Shown here piece by piece: positions 9,641-17,690 of a stretch of 64,000 bases of DNA. The notes under the pieces are model-generated. The model made no database searches and was not told the DNA's origin. It was given only the letters and a program-made list of their open reading frames with translations. A program made the translations under genes and the position numbers. Where the stretch lies: the NCBI GenBank assembly GCA_045113315.1, contig JBGUIX010000010.1, positions 3,248-67,247 of the forward strand. The letters run 5' to 3'. Position 1 is the stretch's first letter. Every line of letters begins with the position of its first letter. This stretch comes from Bacilli bacterium (GTDB taxonomy: Bacteria; Bacillota_I; Bacilli_A; RFN20; CAG-826).

Positions 9641-9747
9641 CGTATTATTTTACGTGTAAATGCGCTTATGTGTAAATAAGAGAAATGAAAAAGTATTATT
9701 AATGAATAAATTTGATAAATAAAATATGATATCTATAGGAAGAAATT

Positions 9748-10779
9748 ATGAAAATTGCATTTTTTGACACAAAAGAATACGACAAGGACGCATTTAATAA
9801 ATTCGCGGAAGAAAGAAATATTGAAGTTAAATGTTTTGAACCGAGATTAAATATCGATACCGTAAGTTTAACTAAGGGTTTTGACGGGATATGCGCATTT
9901 GTGAACGATGATTTAAGTAAAGAAGTTATCGATCGTTTATATGAAAATGGTGTTAGAGCCATATTCTTAAGGTGCGCAGGTTTTAATAATGTCGATGTCA
10001 AAGCTAGCTTTGGTAAGATCCATGTTTATCGAGTTCCCGCTTATTCTCCATATGCAGTCGCGGAACACGCGATGGCCTTATATATGACCAATAACCGTCG
10101 TATCCATAAAGCCTACAATAGAACTAGAGAATATAATTTCTCCCTTAACGGATTAACCGGAAATGATATGCATGGAAAAACAGTCGGTGTTATCGGTACC
10201 GGAAGAATTGGAAAATGCTTTATCAATATCTGCAAAGGCTTTGGAATGAATGTCCTTTGTTATGATGCCTATCCAAGTGATGATTCATTAAATTACACCT
10301 CTTTAGATGAAATATTTGAAAAGAGTGACATCATCTCTTTACACTGTCCATTAACTGAAGAAACCAAACATTTAATAAACAAAGATAGTATCGCTAAAAT
10401 GAAGAAAGGTGTATCCATCATCAATACTTCAAGAGGTGGGTTAATAGATGCTAAAGCGTTACTCAAAGGAATTACCGATAGAAAGATCGGCTCTGCATGC
10501 TTAGATGTCTACGAAGAAGAAGCCGATTTATTCTATGAAGATAAGTCTGGTCATATTATGAATGATGATACATTATTAAGACTCATTTCTATGCCAAATG
10601 TCATCATTACTTCACACCAAGCTTTCTTAACTCATGAAGCATTAGAAAACATCGCTGATACCACGACACAAAACATTTTAAGTTTCTTCAATAAAGAGGA
10701 AGTCAATGCGAACGAAATCTGCTATAGATGTGGTCATCAAGAGATATGCAAAAAAGTTAGAAAACAAAAATGTTTCTAG
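9748..10779 (+). CDS. ldhA: D-lactate dehydrogenase / D-2-hydroxyacid dehydrogenase
   Basis: NAD-binding GVIGTGRIG and the catalytic region INTSRGGLID ... SHQAFLT. 343 aa with an unusual Cys-rich tail. Confidence 0.85.
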   Translation: MKIAFFDTKEYDKDAFNKFAEERNIEVKCFEPRLNIDTVSLTKGFDGICAFVNDDLSKEVIDRLYENGVRAIFLRCAGFNNVDVKASFGKIHVYRVPAYSPYAVAEHAMALYMTNNRRIHKAYNRTREYNFSLNGLTGNDMHGKTVGVIGTGRIGKCFINICKGFGMNVLCYDAYPSDDSLNYTSLDEIFEKSDIISLHCPLTEETKHLINKDSIAKMKKGVSIINTSRGGLIDAKALLKGITDRKIGSACLDVYEEEADLFYEDKSGHIMNDDTLLRLISMPNVIITSHQAFLTHEALENIADTTTQNILSFFNKEEVNANEICYRCGHQEICKKVRKQKCF

Positions 10780-10801
10780 CAAAATAAGCCACTTTTGCAA
10801 T

Positions 10802-10836
10802 AAAAATGCCGGATTTTCTTTAGATCCGGCTTTTAT
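10802..10836. terminator. Bidirectional Rho-independent terminator between ldhA and cysE
   Basis: AAAAA-GCCGGAT-9 nt loop-ATCCGGC-TTTT. Confidence 0.7.
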
Positions 10837-10944
10837 ATATTTTCTTCAAGTTTACTAATTTATAATGCTAACCAATAAGTTTTTTTCTTAGTCACTTATA
10901 GTCCTTTAATTCATATCAGCTATTGAAGTTGAAATTGCTTATTT

Positions 10945-11643
10945 TTAAAACTTCTTTCGAACGATTAATTGTGGTTTTCCAATGGTGACTCTGACATCAT
11001 CAGGGACTGACTCAGTTAAAAAGACGTTACTACCGATGGTGACACGGTTTCCGATCACAACATCACCGCCTAAAATTGAAACACCAGCATAAATGGTAAC
11101 ATCATCTTTAATTGTAGGATGTCTTTTTACTCCCGCTAAACGATGCCCTTTACCTAATGATAAAGCACCTAAAGTAACGCATTGATAGATTTTGGCTCTT
11201 TTGCCAATAACTGTGGTTTCACCGATAACAATACCTGTCGCGTGATCAATAAAGAAAGGAGAATCTATTTGTGCGCCTGGGTGAATATCAACACCTGTTA
11301 AGATATGAGCTTCTTCCGCAATAATTCTTGCGGTTAGCTTTTCTCCTAATAAATATAATTCATGAGCGACACGATAATATCTAATAGCTTTATAGCCTGG
11401 ATAAGCTAAAACAACTTCATCCTTGCTATCCGCGGCTGGATCGCTATCTACAAAGAAATCTAAATCCTGTTCAAGTTGTTTTCTTACCACAGGTAATTTG
11501 CTTAAAAAGACTTCTGCTTCTTTCTCATCATTTTTAACATATTCCAAGAATAAGCCTTTAATAATACTTAAGTTATCAGAATAACCTAACACATAGTTCT
11601 CTACGGATTCATAAAATTCACTAATTTCTTTACTGCAAATCAT
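10945..11643 (-). CDS. cysE: Serine O-acetyltransferase
   Basis: Hexapeptide-repeat C-terminal half with DIHPGAQIDSPFFIDHATGIVIGETTVIG. GGAGG RBS. Confidence 0.85.
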   Translation of the reverse strand: MICSKEISEFYESVENYVLGYSDNLSIIKGLFLEYVKNDEKEAEVFLSKLPVVRKQLEQDLDFFVDSDPAADSKDEVVLAYPGYKAIRYYRVAHELYLLGEKLTARIIAEEAHILTGVDIHPGAQIDSPFFIDHATGIVIGETTVIGKRAKIYQCVTLGALSLGKGHRLAGVKRHPTIKDDVTIYAGVSILGGDVVIGNRVTIGSNVFLTESVPDDVRVTIGKPQLIVRKKF

Positions 11644-12060
11644 ATGTTAGCCTCCAAGTGGTATTGATTTTATCATTAAAAATTATATTTGAATATTTTA
11701 ACGATATAAAAATATTTATTAAGCAAAGTAAGAAATTTAAAAAATCATTTTCCGACAATTGTATAAAACGTTACCTAATTTCTTAAAAAATAGTGTTATT
11801 TAAGCAATCTTATATAAATAAATTTATATATAGTAAAATCATAATCATAAATTAGGTTAATAATTTTATTTTTCTTGTATATATCACTACTTTTTTGTGT
11901 TTTTTCGACACTGTATAAACTTCAAATTGTTTTGCTTGTTTACCTATAAGTAAATTGATAAAGTTTATACACATTCCATTTAAGAGGCATCTTAGAAGGA
12001 AATTTCTTAAAAACACTTTAGAAAGGTGTTTTTCTATCACCATAAAGGAGTGAGCTTTTT

Positions 12061-14430
12061 ATGCTAAAAATTTTAAAAAGAAGCGGAAACGTCGAACCGT
12101 TTGACATCAAAAAAATCGAAAGAGCGATAGAAAAAGCATTCTTCGCTGAACACAAAGTTTATACACCAGACGTCATTGAAATGTTAGCACTTAGAACAGT
12201 GGCTATTTTTAATGGCAAAGCAAAAAACGAAACTATCGGAGTGGAAGATGTTCAAGACGCTGTTGAAGTAGCCTTGATCCAAGCCGGTTTTGTGGATGTA
12301 GCAAAAAGTTACATCATCTATCGTAAACAACATCAAAATTTAAGAGAACTTAAAACCACAAACTTAGATTATAAGAATGTTGTTAATAACTACTTAAAAA
12401 TTAATGACTGGAGAGTTAAGGAAAACTCCACTGTTACCTATTCTGTGGGTGGCTTAATTCTTTCTAACTCTGGTGCAGTCACCGCTAACTACTGGTTAAG
12501 TGAAGTATATGATAAGGAAATCGCGGACGCGCATAGAAATGCTGATATCCACATCCATGACTTATCCATGTTAACTGGTTATTGTGCAGGTTGGTCATTA
12601 AAACAATTAATCCAAGAAGGTTTAGGTGGTGTCGTTGGAAAGATTACATCCGCTCCAGCTGCTCACTTATCCACTTTATGTAATCAAATGGTTAACTTCT
12701 TAGGTATCATGCAAAATGAATGGGCTGGTGCACAAGCCTTCTCATCCTTTGATACCTATCTAGCCCCATTTGTGAAAGTTGATAACTTAACATATAAACA
12801 AGTTAAACAATGTATCCAATCCTTCATCTATGGTGTTAATACACCATCCAGATGGGGTACTCAAGCGCCATTTACCAATATCACCCTTGACTGGGTTGTT
12901 CCAAACGATATGGCGGAACTTAACTGTATCGTCGGTGGTAAAGAAATGCCATTTAAATATAAAGATTGTGTCGAAGAAATGGCGATGGTTAACAAAGCCT
13001 TCATTGAAATCATGATCGAAGGTGACGCTAACGGAAGAGGATTCCAATATCCTATCCCAACCTATTCCATTACCAAGACATTTGACTGGTCAGAAACTGA
13101 AAATAATAAATTATTATTCGAAATGACCGCCAAATACGGTACACCATATTTCTCTAACTACATCAATTCCGATATGGAACCAAGTGATGTGAGAAGTATG
13201 TGCTGCCGTTTAAGATTAGACTTAAGAGAATTAAGAAAGAAATCAGGTGGTTTCTTCGGTTCTGGCGAATCTACCGGTTCTATCGGTGTTGTCACTATCA
13301 ATATGCCAAGAATCGCTTATTTAGCCACTGATGAAGCTGATTTCTATCAAAGATTAGATCATATTATGGATATCTCTGCTCGTTCACTTAAAGTGAAGAG
13401 AAATACCGTCACTGCTTTATTAGAAGCAGGTTTATATCCATATACTAAGAGATATTTAGGTACATTTAATAACCACTTCTCCACCATCGGTTTAGTGGGT
13501 ATGAATGAAGCTTGTTTAAATGCTCGTTGGTTAAAGAAAGATTTAACACATAAAGAATCCATTCAATTTACTAAAGATGTGCTCAATCACATGAGAAGTA
13601 AATTATCTGATTACCAAGAATTATATGGTGATTTATATAACTTAGAAGCTACCCCTGCGGAATCCACAGCTTACCGTTTAGCTAAACACGATAAAGCTAA
13701 ATTCCCAGATATCATTACCGCTAATGAGGATGGTATGACTCCATATTATACAAATTCATCTCACTTACCAGTCGGTTATACCGAAGATGTATTTAAAGCT
13801 TTAGACATCCAAGATGGTTTACAAACTTTATATACATCAGGAACAGTTTTCCACTGCTTCTTAGGTCAAAAATTACCTTCTTGGAAATCTTGTATGAATT
13901 TCGTTAGAAAGATCGCGGAAAACTATCATATTCCTTATTACACAATGTCGCCAACATACTCTGTATGTAAAGAACATGGTTATTTAGTTGGTGAACAATT
14001 CGTTTGTCCACACTGTGGTCAAAAAGCGGAAGTTTATTCCCGTATTACCGGTTACTATCGTCCAATTCAAAACTGGAACGATGGTAAAACCGCTGAATAC
14101 CATAACCGTAAAGAATATGAACCAGAGAATTCTCATTTAACACATACTTTAATTAATGAAGAATGTGCGCAAGAAGAAAAGACAAGTGACGAATCATTAA
14201 ATGAAATCTTATTATTCGCCACAAAAACTTGTCCAAACTGTAAGATGGCCAAAATGCTTTTAGATAAAGCTGGTATCCACTACACAGTTATCGATGCGGA
14301 AGATAATAAAGAAAAGACTTTAAAATATAAAGTCAACAAAGCACCAACCCTTATCGTTCCTAACGAAAATGGCTACGATGTCTTTGAAAACGCATCCAAC
14401 ATCAAAGGATATATAGAAAGTATCAACTAA
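12061..14430 (+). CDS. nrdD: Anaerobic (class III) ribonucleoside-triphosphate reductase with a C-terminally fused thioredoxin-fold CxxC domain
   Basis: N-terminal ATP-cone-like segment, Zn-ribbon CPHCG and glycyl-radical motif SRITGYYRP. These are followed by an acidic linker and a 76-aa module (14200-14427) with CPNC at 14230-14241. RBS AAGGAG. Confidence 0.9.
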   Translation: MLKILKRSGNVEPFDIKKIERAIEKAFFAEHKVYTPDVIEMLALRTVAIFNGKAKNETIGVEDVQDAVEVALIQAGFVDVAKSYIIYRKQHQNLRELKTTNLDYKNVVNNYLKINDWRVKENSTVTYSVGGLILSNSGAVTANYWLSEVYDKEIADAHRNADIHIHDLSMLTGYCAGWSLKQLIQEGLGGVVGKITSAPAAHLSTLCNQMVNFLGIMQNEWAGAQAFSSFDTYLAPFVKVDNLTYKQVKQCIQSFIYGVNTPSRWGTQAPFTNITLDWVVPNDMAELNCIVGGKEMPFKYKDCVEEMAMVNKAFIEIMIEGDANGRGFQYPIPTYSITKTFDWSETENNKLLFEMTAKYGTPYFSNYINSDMEPSDVRSMCCRLRLDLRELRKKSGGFFGSGESTGSIGVVTINMPRIAYLATDEADFYQRLDHIMDISARSLKVKRNTVTALLEAGLYPYTKRYLGTFNNHFSTIGLVGMNEACLNARWLKKDLTHKESIQFTKDVLNHMRSKLSDYQELYGDLYNLEATPAESTAYRLAKHDKAKFPDIITANEDGMTPYYTNSSHLPVGYTEDVFKALDIQDGLQTLYTSGTVFHCFLGQKLPSWKSCMNFVRKIAENYHIPYYTMSPTYSVCKEHGYLVGEQFVCPHCGQKAEVYSRITGYYRPIQNWNDGKTAEYHNRKEYEPENSHLTHTLINEECAQEEKTSDESLNEILLFATKTCPNCKMAKMLLDKAGIHYTVIDAEDNKEKTLKYKVNKAPTLIVPNENGYDVFENASNIKGYIESIN

Positions 14431-14431
14431 T

Positions 14432-15352
14432 ATGTACGATGTCATCATTATCGGTGGCGGTCCTGCTGGAATGGCAGTCGCTTTAAATACACTTAGAAAT
14501 GGACGCACCTGTCTCCTTTTAGAAAAGGAGAATTTTGGTGGTCAAATGGCGACTTCTCCAAAACTAGAGAACATTCCAGGCATCAAAGCGATATCCGGAA
14601 TCGAATATAGCGATAAGATGTTTGAACAGATCACCGATATGGGGGCGGAGTTCGAACTTGAAGAAGTAGAATCTATCACAAAAGAAGAAGAAAAATTCAT
14701 CGTTAAAACTAATTACAACACCTATGAATCTTGGACTGTTGTTTTAGCAAATGGATGTCACCATCGTAAGATGAACTTACCACATGAAGATGATTTAGTG
14801 GGTAAAGGTGTCTCTTATTGTGCAGTTTGTGATGGAGCTTTCTATAAAGGTCAAACCACAAACATCATCGGAGATGCTAATACAGCGTTACAATATGCTT
14901 TATTACTTAGTAATTATTGCCCCACTGTTAATGTCTTTGCTTTATTTGATCATCTATTTGGGGATCAAATCTTAATTCAAAGAATTAATGATAATCCAAA
15001 TATCCATGTTAGATATAATGTTTCTTTACAAGAATTCATCGGTGAAGAAGAATTAAAAGCTTTACGCTTCTTTGATAAATCAAATAACGAAGAATTTACC
15101 GTTGAAACAAACAATGTCTTTGTCGCTATTGGCCAAATCCCTTGTAACGAGCCATTTAAAGATTTAGTGGAATTAGATAATAAAGGATTTGTCATCACTA
15201 ATGACAATATGGAAACTTCTTGTCCAGGTGTCTACGCCGTAGGCGATACAAGAAAAAAAGACATCCGCCAAGTAGTAACTGCTTTGGGTGATGCCAGTGT
15301 GGCTAGTGTCTATATCAATAGATATTTACAATCATTAAATAGAAATGATTAA
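14432..15352 (+). CDS. Thioredoxin-reductase-like flavoprotein lacking the NADPH-binding motifs
   Basis: FAD motif IIIGGGPAG and redox CAVCDG (14819-14830). The NADPH site reads IIGDANTA instead of GGGNSA, and the HRR motif is replaced (VFALFDHLF). The gene starts 1 nt after the nrdD stop. Confidence 0.8.
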   Translation: MYDVIIIGGGPAGMAVALNTLRNGRTCLLLEKENFGGQMATSPKLENIPGIKAISGIEYSDKMFEQITDMGAEFELEEVESITKEEEKFIVKTNYNTYESWTVVLANGCHHRKMNLPHEDDLVGKGVSYCAVCDGAFYKGQTTNIIGDANTALQYALLLSNYCPTVNVFALFDHLFGDQILIQRINDNPNIHVRYNVSLQEFIGEEELKALRFFDKSNNEEFTVETNNVFVAIGQIPCNEPFKDLVELDNKGFVITNDNMETSCPGVYAVGDTRKKDIRQVVTALGDASVASVYINRYLQSLNRND

Positions 15353-15373
15353 AGGATTGCTTCGGCAATTCTT

Positions 15374-15625
15374 TTATTTATATAAATTCTTTAATCTTTC
15401 GTTTGGTTCTGGAGGATTGTCCATTAGCTCTAAAAACAAATCTCTCTCACTATTATCTAAAATAATGGATTGATTTCTCATATCGTTTCTAACTTGTTTC
15501 ATCATTGCATCATAAATATAGGCTGGTAATGTTTGATGCTTTAGATCCGCGGCCATATTTAAAAACTCTTTCTCATTATCAGAAAGATAAATATTTATTT
15601 CATTTGTCTTTTTAAAAATAGCCAT
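15374..15625 (-). CDS. DUF1778 / TacA-like ribbon-helix-helix protein (antitoxin-like, no cognate toxin gene nearby)
   Basis: 83 aa. The pattern (LSDNEKEFLNMAADLKHQTLPAYIYDAMM ... IILDNSERDLFLELMDNPPEPNERLKNL) resembles TacA-family antitoxins. RBS GGAGAA. Confidence 0.5.
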   Translation of the reverse strand: MAIFKKTNEINIYLSDNEKEFLNMAADLKHQTLPAYIYDAMMKQVRNDMRNQSIILDNSERDLFLELMDNPPEPNERLKNLYK

Positions 15626-15675
15626 GGAATTTCTCCATAGCTATTATAACATTTATATCGATAATTTCACGCTTA

Positions 15676-16368
15676 TTAGTAGCCTCTTAAATTAACTGAG
15701 TGAATAGTTTCGCTTAATATATCTTTGAAATGTTCGGCTTTTTCTTCGCTCACTTCGTGAAAACCATGAGCGATGCAACTTTCACGATCCACATATTTTT
15801 GAAGATACATTCTTTTAGCCCCTTTAATTAATTGGGCCATCTTTTTAATATCTTCTTCATTATGGAATTCATCAATGATTGTGGTTCTAAATTCATATTC
15901 ATATGGTGAATTAATTAAAAAATTAATTGTTTCTTTAATCTTATCCATATAAACATTTTTAGCACCTGCGGTTAAAGGATATTTTTTCTCGCTATTTTTA
16001 ATATCCATCGCTACATAATCAATTAATTTATTTTCAAATAAATATTTCACTAATTCTGGGTTAGTGCCATTAGTGTCTAATTTCACTAAATAACCTAATT
16101 CTTTAATCTGTTTTATCTTATCCACTAAATCGGGCATTAAAGTGGGTTCGCCACCACTCACCACAACTGCATCGATTAAACCTTTTCTTTGTCTTAAATA
16201 GGCTAAAATATCATCAAAAGGAATAAAAGTATCCGCCTCTAAGACTGTTTGTCCGTTATGACAAAAAGGACATCTAAAATTGCAAGCTTTAGAAAATAAG
16301 ACAACAGCAACTTTGTCTTCATAATCTAATAATGAAAATTTATCTATCCCTACAAAGTCCATGCACAT
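15676..16368 (-). CDS. nrdG: Anaerobic RNR activating enzyme (radical SAM)
   Basis: CNFRCPFCHN (CxxxCxxC) and GGEPTL. 230 aa; the alternative ATG two codons downstream is equally possible. Confidence 0.85.
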   Translation of the reverse strand: MCMDFVGIDKFSLLDYEDKVAVVLFSKACNFRCPFCHNGQTVLEADTFIPFDDILAYLRQRKGLIDAVVVSGGEPTLMPDLVDKIKQIKELGYLVKLDTNGTNPELVKYLFENKLIDYVAMDIKNSEKKYPLTAGAKNVYMDKIKETINFLINSPYEYEFRTTIIDEFHNEEDIKKMAQLIKGAKRMYLQKYVDRESCIAHGFHEVSEEKAEHFKDILSETIHSVNLRGY

Positions 16369-16431
16369 ATTTTAGCATATTATCGATATTTTCATATTTT
16401 ATATTAATAAAATTGGTATTATAATTTCATC

Positions 16432-16911
16432 ATGATTAAAAGTAATATTTCCTGGGATGAATATTTTATGGGCATCGCTGTGCTCTCCAGCATGCGTAGT
16501 AAGGATCCCAACACCAAAGTGGGAGCGTGTATCGTGGATGAAAATCATAAAGTGGTTTCCATCGGTTATAACGGCATGCCATGTGGATGCGATGAAAGCC
16601 AATTATCTTGGAATAAAGGTACAGGTTTAGATAGCAAATATCTTTATGTTTGCCACGCGGAATTTAACGCTATTTTAAATACCAGAAATGGTACTTCTGC
16701 GTTAAAAGGTTGCACCGTTTATGTGACATTATTCCCATGCAATGAATGCACTAAAGCCATTATTCAAACCGGAATTAAAGAAGTTGTTTATATTTCTAAT
16801 AAATATGAAACCACGACTGAAACTCAAGCTTCGTTAAGAATGTTAACACTTGCTGGAGTCAAGATTCGTCATTACGAAGGAAGAATTCCTGAAATTAATT
16901 ATGACCGTTAA
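16432..16911 (+). CDS. comEB: dCMP deaminase
   Basis: Zn-deaminase motifs HAEFNAI and PCNECTKAI. 159 aa. Confidence 0.85.
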   Translation: MIKSNISWDEYFMGIAVLSSMRSKDPNTKVGACIVDENHKVVSIGYNGMPCGCDESQLSWNKGTGLDSKYLYVCHAEFNAILNTRNGTSALKGCTVYVTLFPCNECTKAIIQTGIKEVVYISNKYETTTETQASLRMLTLAGVKIRHYEGRIPEINYDR

Positions 16912-17689
16912 AGAATACGTTAACTTTAGAAAAGACGAGATGAAAAATCTCGTTTTAAAAATGGATAAAAAACCATGCATCGCGATCGTCCAAGTTAATG
17001 AAGACGCTGGTAGCAATGCTTATGTTAAAGGGAAATTAAAAGACGCGAATGAATTAGGCATAAATGCTGATTTAATCAAATTACCTTTAGATACTAAACA
17101 GGAAGAATTATTAGAAATCATTGATCAATTAAATAAAGATAAAGTTCATGACGGCTTTATCGTTCAAATGCCTCTACCTAAAGGAATAGATGAAGAAACC
17201 ATCAAATTAGCGGTATCTCCTAATAAAGATGTGGATGGCTTCCATCCATTAAGTAAATTATCTCCATGTACCCCAAAAGGGATCATGAATTATTTATATC
17301 ATGAAAACATCCCAATATTAGGTAAAAACGCGGTTGTTATCGGTAGAAGTAATATCGTTGGTAAACCGATGGCGAAACTCTTATTAAAAGAAAGTGCGAA
17401 TGTCACTGTTTTACATAGTAAAACTTCATTTGAGGATATGTCTAGATATATCGAAAACGCTGATATCATTGTTATCGCGATTGGAAAAAAGCACTTCTTA
17501 GATAATAAATTTAAATATAAAAAATCCGCAGTCATCATAGATGTTGGTATATCTAGAGATGAATCCGGATTACATGGTGATGCCTTACCTGATTTACCAG
17601 TTTATTTACAAACACCGGTACCAGGTGGTGTAGGACTATTAACTAGATTAGCCCTATATGAGAACCTATTAGAACTTGTATCAAAATAA
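16901..17689 (+). CDS. folD: Bifunctional methylene-THF dehydrogenase / methenyl-THF cyclohydrolase
   Basis: YVKGKLKD, VIGRSNIVGKPMA and PVPGGVGLLT. The start is set at ATG 16901 (MTVKEY), which overlaps the upstream gene by 11 nt. Confidence 0.9.
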   Translation: MTVKEYVNFRKDEMKNLVLKMDKKPCIAIVQVNEDAGSNAYVKGKLKDANELGINADLIKLPLDTKQEELLEIIDQLNKDKVHDGFIVQMPLPKGIDEETIKLAVSPNKDVDGFHPLSKLSPCTPKGIMNYLYHENIPILGKNAVVIGRSNIVGKPMAKLLLKESANVTVLHSKTSFEDMSRYIENADIIVIAIGKKHFLDNKFKYKKSAVIIDVGISRDESGLHGDALPDLPVYLQTPVPGGVGLLTRLALYENLLELVSK

Positions 17690-17690
17690 A

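Noticed and set aside
11644-11850. T-box leader upstream of cysE, and the same for cysS at 5423-5460
   Set aside because: There is no conserved T-box sequence, specifier-loop context or GC-rich antiterminator. The region is uniformly AT-rich.
11870-11925. Possible NrdR boxes upstream of nrdD (tgtatatatca, acactgtataaac)
   Set aside because: Neither segment fits the acaCwAtATaTwGtgt palindrome. The CAC/GTG arms are in the wrong orientation or spacing (9 instead of 8), and only half-matches are present.
11852-12043. 63-aa minus-strand ORF in the cysE/nrdD intergenic region
   Set aside because: It lies in AT-rich promoter DNA, has no RBS and has implausible K/L/I-rich composition.
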